This document shows, piece by piece, positions 1 to 52,180 of a DNA stretch of 64,000 nt. The translations under genes and the position numbers were made by a program. Origin of the DNA: Eledone cirrhosa (Eukaryota); assembly GCA_964016885.1 (NCBI GenBank), contig OZ024755.1, positions 26,908,001 through 26,972,000 on the forward strand, given 5' to 3'. The notes beneath the pieces are model-generated. The model saw only the letters and a program-made list of their open reading frames with translations. It was not told where the DNA came from and did no database searches. Numbering within the stretch: position 1 is the first letter of the stretch; each line of letters starts with the position of its first letter.

Positions 1-117
1 GAGTAAAAAATATGACAACAGATTATTACAAAGATTTATAGACTGACCAATGTTTGCTATACTAATGATAAAGATACACATATAGCTAAAGATTATTCTA
101 TATTGTTATCTTTCCAG

Positions 118-38809
<38,692 letters not shown>

Positions 38810-40744
38810 TTTCATGTTTTATATTTTTAATTTGTAACTTGTTATTATATATCATTTCTTCTTACTATTTCTTATTGTATATAAATTAACCCTTTAGCAT
38901 TTACATTACTTTATATTTACCATTGTATTTTTGTGGTAAATGCTTACATAATATCGATCTTACATAATATGGAATCTACAAGATTTTGATATTATTTATT
39001 TTGAGAACAATACCTTAACATAAGTATGAGCAGCTGTTTATGGCCAGTTTAAACAGAAAGAGGTGAGAGAATTATAGCTGGATACAGCCGGTTTCAATTC
39101 TAATGGGTTATTTTACATGTAGATTGAATTGGATAAAAATTAAGACATCGATGAGTCAACCAGTATTTTAGAGCTACACTGATTTCTTTGTCTCTCGGGC
39201 TGTTTTTATGGCATTATTATAACAGCTACTCATTTGAGCTGTGTACTATTTCACCTGAGACATTTGTTCCTCTTGATTCTGTTGCCTTATTATGTCTTAC
39301 TCCTCATACCATGGTCATAATGTCATGGGTTTCATTCCTGGACTGGGTTGTGTGTTGTGCTCTTGGGCAAAACACTTCATGTTGTTGTATAATAACTGAC
39401 TTGGAGCATAATAACCCATCCAACCTAAACTAAGATGTAAAACAGATGTAAAATGATAATGATAAATATGATTAGCAGGTAAAATAGTTTGCTTTCTTTT
39501 TATATACAAGTCAAAAGGCAAACAGAAATTCAATGATGTGGGACTATGATGAAAAAAACATACTCATACAGGTTACTTTTTATTTACTTGAAATTTATCA
39601 TAAAAGAACTTGAGGATGCAATGACAGGTCAAAATGAATTCAATCTTTATTAAGCATTGTGGTATGGAAGAAGAGAATGTGAAACCATTTTTGTAAAACA
39701 TCATTCAAAATGTTGGCCTCAGAATTAGCTAATTAATTGCACATTCCCTTCCCTTAGACCCATCCAGTGCACCAGTTTCGTCTCCCAAATCCCAAACTAA
39801 AACCTTTTCCCAATACTTATTCCATAGAACTGTTTCCATTTGAAATTCCCTCCTTGCTCAATATTTCTATTTTCTTTCTGGTTCAAACTTGGTTGGCCAG
39901 ATCAATTTCATAAGAAATAGCACAAAAGTTTTTAAATGTTACAGAATATGTTATAAAATAACAAAATGTTTCATTTTAGGCTTAGTAAATTAAAATATAT
40001 ACATATAAAGGATGCCTGTGTGTTGGTTTTAATTTATTTAGTTGGTATGATCATCATATACTGTTCTAACAATTCAATAGGATTTTTACCTTTAACATTT
40101 ACATTACTCTATATATACTATTATATTTTCATGGTAAAGGCTTTACCTCAATTATCTCACATAATATCGAATCTATGAGATTTTGATATTATTTATTTTG
40201 AGAACAATACCTTAACATCAGTATGAATGGCTCGTTACAGCTAGTTTGAACAGAAAGAAGTGAGAGAATTCTGGTCAGATATGGAGTTCCTCAATACATG
40301 TAGCCTAATATAACAACCTTGATTCAAACTGAAGTCAATGGTTTTTAATTTAGACACAAAGCTAATAATTTTTGGAGTTGAGCAGGAAAAAGTGAGTTAT
40401 GTTGACTCCGGTCTTTAACTGCTACTTTATGTTATCAACCTGAGAATGACAAAAGGCAAAGGTTGACTTCAGCAGGATTTCCACTCAGAATATAAAGGGC
40501 TGTAACTAAATGCTAGAAAGTATTTTGACTATGTGCTACTGATTCTGCTAATCCACTGCAATAACAATTAACAAAACTAATTCTATATTATGCTAATTGG
40601 ACTACAATTAACCACTTTTTAATGTAAAATACTTTATTTTAAGACTTGAAATAATAAACAGGAAGAGAGAAAATATTAAATAATGATGAAGTGGGAAGGG
40701 AGAGGCAGGCTCCAAAACCCTGCAGCTTGTGGACAACATAGTGA

Positions 40745-41635
40745 AAGGATTATGGCAGAGTACAGCCAGTGTCACCTGCTACATCAACCATGAGGGTAAA
40801 GTACAGCCAAAGACAGTTACTACATCAGCCACTATAGTAGAGTACAGCCACTACCACCTGCTACATCAGCCATGATGGCAGAGTACAGCCAGTGACACCT
40901 GGTAGAGTACAGCCAATGACAGCCACTATGGTAAAGTACAGCCAGTGTCACCTGCTACATCAACCATGAGGGTAAAGTACAGCCAAAGACAGCTACTACA
41001 TCAGCCACTATAGTAGAGTACAGCCACTACCACCTGCTACATCAGCCATGATGGCAGAGTACAGCCAGTGACACCTGGTAGAGTACAGCCAATGACAGCC
41101 ACTATGGTAAAGTACAGCCAGTGTCACCTGCTACATCAACCATGAGGGTAAAGTACAGCCAAAGACAGTTACTACATCAGCCACTATAGTAGAGTACAGC
41201 CAATGACGGCCACTATCACCTGCTACATCAGCCATGATGACAGAGTACAGCCAGTGATACCTGCTACATCAGCCACTATGGTAAAGTACAGCCAATGACA
41301 CCTGCTACATCAGCCACTATGGTAAAGTACAGCCAATGACACCTGCTACATCAGCCACTATGGTAAAGTACAGCCAGTGATACCTACTACATCAGCCACT
41401 ATGGTAAAGTACAGCCAATGACACCTGCTACATCAGCCACTATGGCAGAATACAGCCAATGACAGCCATTATGATAAAGTACAGCTAATGACACTTACTA
41501 CATCAGCCACTATGGTAAAGTACAGCTAATGACACCTGCTACATCAGCCACTATGGTAAAGTACAGCTAATGACACTTACTACATCAGCCACTATGGTAA
41601 AGTACAGCCAATGACACCTGCTACATCAGCCACTC
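40745..41635. repeat. Intergenic minisatellite, ~41-bp monomer with a 176-bp higher-order unit in its first half
   Basis: ggtaaagtacagccaatgacacctgctacatcagccactat; an identical variant recurs at 40760, 40936 and 41112. Confidence 0.92.
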
Positions 41636-42769
41636 AATATTTGTTTTAACACTTTAGTTCACCAGTTTTAAACAAACTGGAAGTAGTGTACAATGTTGGT
41701 CTTCAGTGCTGAAGAAGCTATTGTGTTTTTTTTAACCCCAGATCCGTTATGACAAGCAGACATATAATTAAAAGCATTCTTGCCTTGGCCATTCTATTGG
41801 TTTGCAAGGAATTGTTTTAATATTAAATCTCCCTCACACATTGGATAGTGTAGTCCTAGATGGACAATCTAAAGATAAAATAATAAAGATAGGATGATAA
41901 AGGTTAGAATCATAGGTCTGCTAGATCAGTGTTAACTTAAATCTAAACAACACACAACATAGATAGTGAAGGCTCAGTCTGAACAGGATAAATTATTTGG
42001 TTACTAATAGTGGCTGGTGTTAGATTACCAGTTATACAACTTCGGTGTTCACTTGAAAGAGCTTGTGAAGCAGATGTAAAATATATTCCTAAAATTGTTA
42101 AAACTCATCCTGTAACTAGTTTTATATGAAATACATAAAAAGAACACACAAGATTTACATCCTTCCTCTGCTGTAAGCCTTCCCTTTTTGATTGTTTGTG
42201 TGACAATGTTCACTGAGAATGAGTTTATCCTGCTCTACCCAGTGCATTCAAGACAGTAGATTTACTAGTGAAGTCTCAATTGAAATATGAAGTTTTCACA
42301 GCTGTTCTCCAGTAACAGGCATCCTTTCTAATTACTGTTTTATGTCCATGTTCCATGCTGGCATGAGTTGGATGGATTATTAGTCAGGTCAGATGACCAC
42401 ATCTTACTCATACATTCCAGTAGTTTGGCATGGCTTCTATAACTAAATGCTCTTCCTAATGCCAACCACTTTGCAACTTCACAGTGTGTACTGGGTGAAT
42501 TGTATTGTGGCAGTATCACTACCATTTTACAGAGTGGGCTGGGCACATTTTATCATGGCACCAGCACTACCATTTTACAGAGGGGCTGGGCACATTTTAT
42601 CATGGCACCAGCACTACCACTTTACAGAGTGGGCTGGGCACATTTTATCATGGCACCAGCACTACCACTTTACAGAGTGGGCTGGGTGAATCCTGTCACT
42701 AGCACTAGCACTTTACAGAGTGTACTGGGTGCATTTTATACAAACAAAACAAAACATTATCATAACAAC

Positions 42770-42775
42770 TTTATT
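42770..42775 (-). terminator. Candidate polyadenylation signal of USPL1
   Basis: AATAAA on the - strand about 175 nt after the stop, followed by a GT/T-rich tract. Confidence 0.5.
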
Positions 42776-42948
42776 GCATATTCAAGGGTGGGGCAGTTGC
42801 AATCACAGATGATAATTTGGGGCCTATTATACTTTCCTTTAAAAAAAAACTCTAAAGAACTCCAGTAATAACTTAGAAAATAATAATTTATAAACAAAAT
42901 TTACAAAGGAATATCATATAACAGAAAGGGAAGATGAAATTGATATCC

Positions 42949-44600
42949 CTACCACTTTTTAAATCTCTTTACCATAGCGAGATTAGCTTTTAACTTATTC
43001 AAGTGATTAGCATCACATTCAAGTTTGATGGGTAAAGTCTTTGTATTCCCTTTAGAGGCAGGCAATGGTTGTAAGCTCTGTTGTTTGACTTCCATAAGTA
43101 GACTGGAATCCTGACTGTAATTTGATAAATTAACTTGCTGGTTTGAATCTTCAGATTGTCCTGGTCTGACAACATCTGGTGTGTTTTGGACAATACATGT
43201 TGTGTTCATAGATAGTGAAGGCTCAGTCTGAACAGGATAAATTATTTGGTTACTAATAGTGACTGGTGTTAAAGTACCAGTTATACAACTTGAAAGAGGT
43301 TGTGTAGGTTGTGAAGCAGATTTATTCTGAAGTATAGAATCTTCAGCTACAGAAACAACTCTTTCTGAAGCTAATAATGAAGAACTATTCAAAAGTGCAG
43401 ACTTAAGAACTGGTGAGGCACTTGTTAATGAAGAGCTTTCCTCTTTCACAGAACTGACCAGTTGTGTCAGCAAAGTGTCTGGTGGAGATGAAGTCATTAC
43501 AGGTAAAGAAAGCACAACTTCAGAAGGTGGTGTGTTAGATATAGAAATTAAGCCACTAGGTGAGACAGACATGGGTATTATATATGAATCACCACTAGAC
43601 GTTGATGTCAGTTGTGTTGTTGACGTTGGTGTTACTGGTACTGATTTTGGTCCATTAATGGTAGAATTTTCAACTGATAACAATGTACCACAAGAAATGG
43701 GAGTCCCAATTGGTGATAGCATAATATTTTGGACTGGAGCTACAGTTGGGGAAATGGTACTAAGAGCTGCTGATGACTCTGTAGTATTGACAGCTGGTGC
43801 AACTAATGATGAGACAGTACTACAGAGAGCTGGTGATGACATGGTACTGTAAAGTCCTGTAGTGGCCAGTGGTGAGACAGTTGAACAAAGACCTTGAGTA
43901 GCCAGTGGTGAGACAGTTGAACAAAGAGCAGAGATGACTGGTTGTGACATAGTACTACAAAGAGCTGGACTAACAAGTTGTGACACAGTACTTTTGAGGG
44001 CTGGTGTGACTGCAGATGTTACAATACCATCAATAACTGACACTACAGATGATGGTAGAGTACCACTGAGAACTGGAACTACAGCTGATGGTATGGTGCC
44101 ACTGAGAACTGGTACTACAGCTGATGGTATGGTGCCACTGAGAACTGGTACTACAGCTGACGACATATCACCACCAAACACTGGGGTTTCAATTGATGAC
44201 ATAATACTACCAAGAACTGAAACTACAGTTGATGGTGTAGTTCCACTGAGAATTGGGGCCACAGCTGACGATGTAGAACTATTGGACACTGAACTCACAA
44301 ATGTCAGCAAGGTGACAGATGACGAAGTTGATGGGATGGGTGATGAAGAATCATCAGATATGGTAACAACTGGCAGAGCAGGTGCAGATGGCATTCCAAC
44401 AGGAGCAACTACAGGTAGCATCCGCTGGTTGGTTGATGACGGCACTGATTTGGCTTTTGAAACTAAATCAGTTTCAGGTATGTCTGATTTCAATTTTTCC
44501 CACATTACTAAATGGACCTCCTGCTTGGGTATATGAGGTGCACCAAGATTAACTGAACAGACAGGGCCATCTAAATCATCGCATTTAATCCACTTTTGAT
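42949..44600 (-). CDS. USPL1: USPL1 terminal coding exon (catalytic Asp and low-complexity tail)
   Basis: ttttatttcag acceptor; DQKWIKCDDLDGP...VMWEK continues into the 518-aa ORF; TAG stop. Confidence 0.9.
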
Positions 44601-47600
44601 CTGAAATAAAACAAAAACATACAATGCTTAGAGTCTATTTAATTAGGAAATGATACATGATTGTAAAAGCAAAAATGACACAAATAGAACGAGAGAACAA
44701 ACAATCTGCACAAAATCAAGTAATTTGCCCTCCCCCCAAAAAATAAAACCATAATAATAATTATTATAGAAAAAAAAAAAGCAACTCACCAGAATATTTG
44801 ATCCAAGCTATGAAATGATCAGGATCATTTGTATATTGAACAACGCCAACAACATGATAGTGAACGGAATTATGGATAAAATTTAATCTTGAAATGTCTT
44901 CAAATGGGATACCTTTCAGAAAGTGTAATAAAATAGCATTCCTAAACCTGCAATCAGAAAGAAAAACAAAATGATAGTGATGAGGATGATGGCGAGGGTA
45001 GTGGTGGTAGTGATGATGATGATGATAGTGATGTTTGAAGATAACTAAATTATAAGTTCCTTTAGCAGTAGCAATTCTGTTGGTGCAACAGCTAAATGAT
45101 TCATAGCTGTAAGATGCACATGATGCAAAATGGTTTGTAACTATAAGTTGTGCATCCATTCTTCTTTTCAGTAATTATGAAATTTTCCTAAGTTGGTTTT
45201 TAATCCACGAAATGAAAGGAGAACTAAGTCGAAATAAGCTGTATTTGCTTTTCCATGTTTTCTTGGGTTAGATAGGTCTTTTCCAGCACAGCATTACTCC
45301 ACCTGTTGTGATCCTTCGTCATCTCCTCTGTGAGCTTCAGCACTTGAAACCTCTGCCCAGGTCTTCCTCTACTGCAGATTCCTTCAACTTCTTCACCAAA
45401 AGATCATCATCTATATGCATCACATGACCATACCAATGCAGTCTTCTCTCCTGCATGCTACTACATCTGATTTCTCTTATACGCAGCTTTTCTCTCAGTC
45501 AGCATGGCTATTCTGTATAACTGTTGGAAAAAGGTTTCAAGATAAAAAACTGATTCATACAGTTGGAACATTAAACTGTTATGATAACTTACTTGATAGG
45601 TTTCAGGATGCGACACTGATTCATACAGTTGCAGTTGGAACATTTCACAATGTGCTGCATGTTATTCATTGTAAAATCTGGAGCAGCCTCTAAGGTAGGC
45701 AACATCTTGCTATGACTGAAAGAGATTTAAACATTAATAATTATACAATTTGACAGTAGACTGGTGTGAAGAACATAATCAAGACCATCAAGAAGGGCAA
45801 ACATAGATGGGCTGACCATGGGCTGTTTCAGAGACAACAGGTGGATGATTAGAGTAACAGAGTGGACACAAAGGCAGTGGAGAAAACCAGAGGATGGCAT
45901 AATGATCTGACCCAATACCTTGGCCCCACATGGACCAAGAAAGGAGGTGGTGGAGATCAACCAGGCAGGAGTTCCTCCAACAGGAGTGAGAAGGTCATTT
46001 AAAAAGAGAGGTTTAAAAAATAAGACTAAAACAAATAAGTTAACTTGAGAAGGATTTGGCTACTATTTCTAGCAGGTCACACACAGTGGGATCAAGTCAT
46101 TATATCTTTAAATAAGAAGGATGATGAGAATCTGAGATAACTGTGAAATGGTTATGTAGAAACATGCTGCTTACCTGGATGTAACATAGTGCTGACATTG
46201 TTTACAAAGAAACTCCAAAAGGTAATCAATGGTGAATACATCACGTAAAGCCTCCTCCTGTTTCTCAAGGGATATCAGAGCAAAGACTGGACCATCATTA
46301 GTACCTTTTTTACACTGCAGTTTAGTTTGTAGTTGTTTCCATACAGCTTCTCGGACATTCAGCAACAATTTTACAGCTTTCTTTTTGGGGCCTTTCACAG
46401 CCACAGAATTGTCAACCATAGCTTTCTTTAAGATGGCCATTGGCAGAGCAGATGAGGTAACAGAAGTGTTACCTGCCTTGAGACCAGCTGTAGACTGACT
46501 TTTCTCTGGTTGGTTGTTACTACCATTAAATAATTTCATGGCCTGAGCATAAGCCTTAAACAATGTCTTCAAAATTGATCTATCTTGAGGTGGGAGCTGC
46601 TTTACTCGAGCTTTTAACATCTTGTTGTGTACAAATAAGCATAAAATAACATCAAGCCAACATAGAGCATGACTATTTGGCCACTGTAAATAGTGTACCT
46701 GTTTGTTCTGCAGAGCATTTACATTAAGTTTCCGTTGCTGTAAATGTGGTGGAAGACTAGCAGTTGTTGTAGAACTATTACATTTTGTGTCAGCAATCTT
46801 CCGTTTGACTGGTTTCTTTGGTGATGATGATGATGGTAACAAGGATGCAGCTGATGATGATGGTAATGTTGTTGTTGATGATGATGGTAATGATGATGGC
46901 AACAATGAAGATGAAGAAGATAAGGGCTCAAGAAACTTTTTAGGCAATAAACTGGAGAAGTTCTTGTTAGCCAAAGCAACTTTCCTAATAATAGATTCCA
47001 TAGACTTTGGTAAATTCAGTAAAGCATTATTTGAATCAGTAGGAGCAGCAGGCTGTTCTTTGTTTACAGAACTGCCATCTACAGTTACTGAAGAACCATT
47101 GTCCTGTTCTGTATCTTCAGGTGTTACATCCAAGGTTTTCTCTTTGGGAGATGGTGTCATCATTTCATTATCATTACATATATTATTACTGGTAACAAGA
47201 ACTATTCTATTAGATTGGTCCAGAGGGTACAGACACTGTAGAGTAAAATAGAAATTAAAAAATTATTAAAAAAACATTATTTACAGGGAAAGAGGTAATG
47301 ATGATGATGATATAAAAGTTATCAAACTGAAATGTTCTGATAAACGTTTATCCCTAGATCTCTTCAAATTTACCACATGCCAGAATAGAAGAGCAAATGC
47401 AGACCTGTCAACCTCTAAAAACCTAAACGGGGAGTACCAAGTGCCCCAAAATGTGGAGATTTTAAATAATTGTTTCTACGTTAGGCACAAGGCCAGCAAT
47501 TACCCAGTGCATTACTGGTACTTTATTTTATCGACCCCGTAAGGATGAAAGGCAAAGTCAACCTCGGCGGGATTTGAACTCAGATCGTAAAGGGTTTAAA

Positions 47601-47935
47601 TAATGAAAGCTATACCCATTTTCACAAGAGAAGACATCTCTCACCCACCCCAAAGTGGGTGGGAGATCTCCCTGTTGGACGGGGAGAGTTGACAGGTCTG
47701 CAAATGATAAATGAATGCAGTTTGGTACAGGATGATATATGATATATATAACATTGACAGTTCGTGTAATATCCAGCAACATATTGATATCTAATGCGGA
47801 ATGTGAGGTTAAAAAGACAAATTCATCTCTTACCCCTTCAGTCGGACATAAATATATACTTTCTTCAAAATTAATGGCAAAGAGCTGCAACTTAATGTTA
47901 CATGCAGGGCATACAAGTTCCTGCACAGGTACCAT
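42949..47935 (-). CDS. USPL1: SUMO-specific isopeptidase USPL1-like (peptidase C98), 5 coding exons, ~1031 aa
   Basis: Coding exons 47935-47834, 47235-46175, 45715-45593, 44947-44790 and 44600-42949 join in phase (3096 nt). USPL1 hallmarks are present: N-terminal CPAC...INFEESIYLCPTEGCLYPL, LQWPNSHALCWLD (catalytic Cys), CKQC/CSNC zinc pairs, LLHFLKGIP, DHFIAWI (His), WIKCDDLDGP (Asp), EVHLVMWEK, then a long S/T/P/V-rich tail. Confidence 0.92.
44790..44947 (-). CDS. USPL1: USPL1 coding exon 4 (catalytic His)
   Basis: tttctgattgcag acceptor, gtgagt donor; FRNAILLHFLKGIP...DPDHFIAWIKYS. Confidence 0.9.
45593..45715 (-). CDS. USPL1: USPL1 coding exon 3 (not in the ORF track in this frame)
   Basis: tctctttcag acceptor, gtaagt donor; HSKMLPTLEAAPDFTMNNMQHIVKCSNCNCMNQCRILKPIK; phase 2 to 2. 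Confidence 0.85.
46175..47235 (-). CDS. USPL1: USPL1 coding exon 2 (contains the catalytic Cys motif)
   Basis: ttttactctacag acceptor, ag|gtaagc donor; CLYPLDQ...QWPNSHALCWLD...CKQC. Confidence 0.9.
47834..47935 (-). CDS. USPL1: USPL1 coding exon 1
   Basis: Acceptor ttttacag|G-ATG, donor ggg|gtaaga; MVPVQELVCPACNIKLQLFAINFEESIYLCPTEG. Confidence 0.85.
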
Positions 47936-49327
47936 CCTGTAAAAGAAGACAATTGAAAACTTATTATTTTAGAAAAATCTTAATCTATGAGGATGAATTA
48001 ACACATTTATTTGTGTGAAAAAAATTATGAATTTTTACTTGAACCAATACAGTTAGACTCAGGTTATTCAAACAAGGCTGGTGGGAGATATTTTATTAGA
48101 GCACTACAACCTCTGTTAACAACAAAAGGCCAGCTGTATGATGCCTGTGTGCATCTGACAGGGTGGACTCATCATCATTTAATGTCTATTTTTTCATGCT
48201 AGCATGGGTTAGACACATTGCATTAAGGAACAAGTTAGGTTTTGCTCATACAGCTCTGTATTTTGGCTTGGTTTCTACAACTGGATACCCTTCCTTAATG
48301 CCAACCATGTTACAGTTTGACTGGATATCAGGTGCTTTTATCCATGGCACCAACATTACTACTTTACTATGTGGGCTGGGTGCATTTTATCATAGCACCA
48401 GCATTTCTTCATTCCAGTATGGACTGAATGCTGAACACATTTTGTGTAACCACCATATGGCTAATTAAATATTCACAAGACCTTGACATTTTGTTCAGAC
48501 AATTCAAAAATCAGATAACCTAGGATTGTAAATGGTTATAACTGAGTCAGAATTCTCTTAGGCACCATTGGTAGGCCAAGGTGACTAAGGCATTTGAGTA
48601 ATGGTAATGAGACTAATAGATGTTTATTAGACTATTAAACAAACATATTTATATGTTTGTTTTACATATGACTACAATATGTTTATTTGGCTGTTAAACA
48701 AACAACCTCTTACCGAGAGCAGGCTACACTATCTACATTATCTTATTTACATAGGGCGGTGGATTGGCAGTATCGGTAGAGGGTCCGACGCCATGCTTTC
48801 CAGCATAGTTACGTCCCTTTACGATCTGAGTTCAACTCCCGCCGAGGTTGACTTTGCCTTTCATCCTTACGAGGTCGATAAAATAAAGTACCAGTAATGC
48901 ACTGGGTAATTGCTGGCCTTGTGCCTAAAGTAGAAACAATTATCTTATTTACATTCTTTTTACACACACACACATATATAATCATCAATTAACATCTATC
49001 TTCCATGCTAGCATGGGTTAGACGAGTTTGTCCTATTTAGAGGCAAGTCTGGGTGCCCTTTCTAACGCCAACCAAATTGACTGTGTGCTGGGTGCGTTTT
49101 ACCGTGTCTTTTACACGTCCACTTTAGAGTGTGGGCTGGTGCTTTTTATCGTGACACCTACATAATCACTATACAGTTTGGGCAGGATGTTTCGTGGTAC
49201 CCGCATAATATACATATGGATTTATCATGATAATGGTATACACATATATATATTTGCGTGCCTATATATACCATATATATGTAATATACATGTTCCATTA
49301 TATATATATATCATTATATACATATAT

Positions 49328-50355
49328 ATCATCATCATCGTTTTACGTCCATTCTTCCACGCTAGCATGGGTTAGACGGGTTGTCCTGTTGTGGGCAGTG
49401 CCTGGTCGGCAGACCATGTCTTGCTCATACGGGAACTGATCCTGGCTTGATGTCTACAGCTGGATGCCCTTCCTAACACCAATCTCATTTACAGTGAGTG
49501 CTGGGTGCTTTTTTTCCGTGGCGCCTACACGTCCACTTTACAGTGTGGGCTCGGTGCTCTTTTGCCATGGCACCTCCACGACCACTTTGCAGTGGGGACA
49601 TATTGTCTATATGCTTCAGCTTGTACCCGTGGGGTGTCGGGTCTTCTGTATTACTGCGTGACGCCAGAAGCCTTTGAGAGGTGTAATTGGGTAAGGTCCC
49701 CTTTTATCACCTCATCCCAGGTCTTCTTGGGTCTCCCCACTCCGCGGCTTCCATTGACTACTAGTGCTCTGTACCTTTTTATGCAGCTGTCATCCTTCAT
49801 ACACATCACATATCCATACCAACGCAACCTCCTCTTATGCTCAGTCTCTCTCTCAATTCGTTTATACTTTGCCGTTCGCCTATATTACTATTACACATCC
49901 ATCGGAGAATACAGGCTTCGTTTCTTTCTAATCTACGCAAGTCTTCTACAGACAACGTCCAGGTCTCACTACCATGTAACATTGCTGTTCGGATACACGC
50001 ATCATACAGTCTGCCTTTCATTTTGAGGGAAAAGCCTTTTGCAGCTAGCAGTGGCTCCCTGAACTTCTTCCATTACGTTCTTACCCTGGTTATTGTACTT
50101 TCCGAACACCCACCTCCGCTGCTAATTCGATCTCCTAGGTAGCAGAAGCTGTCTACTGTTTCTACAGAGCCCTCCCAGAGTTTGGTGGTGCTTTGTTTCC
50201 TGTGGCTGTATGCTGCTTGCTGTCCCAGCGCAGCTGCTATATGTGAAGCCTATATTCTTAGTTGAGCTTCCTGAGATCCCACTACATCTCTTGTGTACCC
50301 ATTGTTTGCATTTGGGGCAGAGGATGGAGTTCCTACCTACACCTTTCCTACATAC
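49328..50355 (-). mobile_element. RTE LINE family A-related 3' fragment, frameshifted
   Basis: CRKGVGRNSILCPKCKQWVHKRC, KGRLYDACIRTAMLHGSETW, 3' UTR and catcat tail. Confidence 0.85.
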
Positions 50356-50370
50356 ATATATATATATATA

Positions 50371-50490
50371 TATAAGGAAAAGAAATCGAAAATGCAACTG
50401 GAGTCTTTTTAAGAATATTTATTAATTTCCAAGAAAATTAATAAATTCTTAAAAAGACTCCAGTTGCATTTTCGATTTCTTTTCCTTATA
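50371..50490. repeat. Near-perfect 120-bp palindrome flanked by (TA)n
   Basis: tataaggaaaagaaatcgaaaatgcaactggagtctttttaagaat ... attcttaaaaagactccagttgcattttcgatttcttttccttata. Confidence 0.92.
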
Positions 50491-50513
50491 CTTTCACACG
50501 TGTAGGACATCTC

Positions 50514-50563
<50 letters not shown>

Positions 50564-52180
50564 GAGTCGTTAGAACGGTGGGTAGAAAATGATGCTGAGG
50601 TCGACTTTGCTTTTGCTTTTTGGTGTTGATAAAGTACCAGTCGAGTATTGGGGTTGATTCTGCCCTCTCTCCGAAAGAAATTGGTTTTAATGAGACTTGG
50701 TGAGGAATTGGTTCAATCAGGTTTAAATACCCAAGTCTATTCCCGCTTGTACTATACATTGTGTGCCTTCGCCAGCGAGGAAGCTATGAAAATGGCAGTA
50801 TTTCATAGTTGCTAACAAACATGACACTGACCACACCCAGTGAAAGGTCCAGTATATTTTTGTAGTTTTAAAAAGTTCAAGTCTTTACGTACACTTGAGA
50901 AAAAAAAACAGTAAGTTAAGTCGGTGCATCTACTATTTAATCGGGAGTTGTGGTTAAAAGGAATAAAAATTATACTGAAAATGTTTATAAATGAATTAAC
51001 AATTATTGGGTAAGGTGTTATGTCTTGAAAACAATAAGAAAAACAATGTGTACAACGGGAAATATTTTTGATACGATGATTAACTATTACCGAATAAACA
51101 TTTAATCAGAAATAAGATTAAAATTTTCCATATAAGAAACTGTTTAAATCAAGCAGGTGTTAAGACCACCTTCAGATAAGGAAGTCACATTTTTTAATGT
51201 CTATGCAAGCATTGACAATTATTTCTTTCTCTGATAAAATTATTAATTTTACTCTCTCATTTCCCCCTCCCATGCATGGGAGCAACATTCGCAACTAATT
51301 AGCTTGTTACCTTCCTCAGTTCAATTAAGGTAGAACGATAGTGGTGAATGTCTTCAACGAAGTTTCGATTCCGATTTTATTTTCTTTCAATTACATAACT
51401 AATGAATGCTCGTAAGAAAAGCTTGAATTGTACAACTTCTATCTAGCAAGAACTCGTATTAAATAGAGAAGAAAAAAAATCAATGTTATGCAGTAGAAGT
51501 TAACTACAAGAAAAAGGATGTAGGAGGATGAATTTAATTTTTAAAATAAACATAAATATAGCAGAAACCATCGAAATATACAACTAAAAGACAAACAAAC
51601 CAACACTTAATCTGCTAAAAATAGCAGCCAAATATTTCTTAAATCACACCCTAGTCTTTCAAAAAACAATATATTGGATAATGTAATTCTAGATATGCTA
51701 CGTTTAAAAGGTTGACGTGGTGGTCACGATAGGAACGTCATTGATCGTATGTCTGCTCATTCAACGCTCAACTGAGGTTAAACAGTAATGTACATTTCAT
51801 GCGCCTCAACGTCATCAAATTTCGTTTCTTCTGTGTAATTAACGTATTATCATGTGCTTGAGTGAAAAAAGTCGGTAATTAGGGAAGGCGGAGCATGAGG
51901 AGGGGGAGGATTTTAAACTTTCATTTCGATAGGAAAAAAAACAAACAAAATCGATCAGTACCATTGTGAAAATCTATAGTGAAACCTTTAACATAATATC
52001 ACAAATTTACATTCAAACCGTAATAACATCTTATATTACAAGAGCAATGTGTTAGTTCTAACATACATGTAAAGCGATGTTTATTTCTCATGATTTATAA
52101 TCTAAATAACGAAGTTAACGACTGAGGTATGATCTCTAGATTTAATTTTTGCTAATGATGACAAGCGATTTTAAAGAAAT

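Noticed and set aside
43475-47251. Plus-strand ORFs overlapping USPL1
   Set aside because: They are antisense shadows of the USPL1 coding exons.
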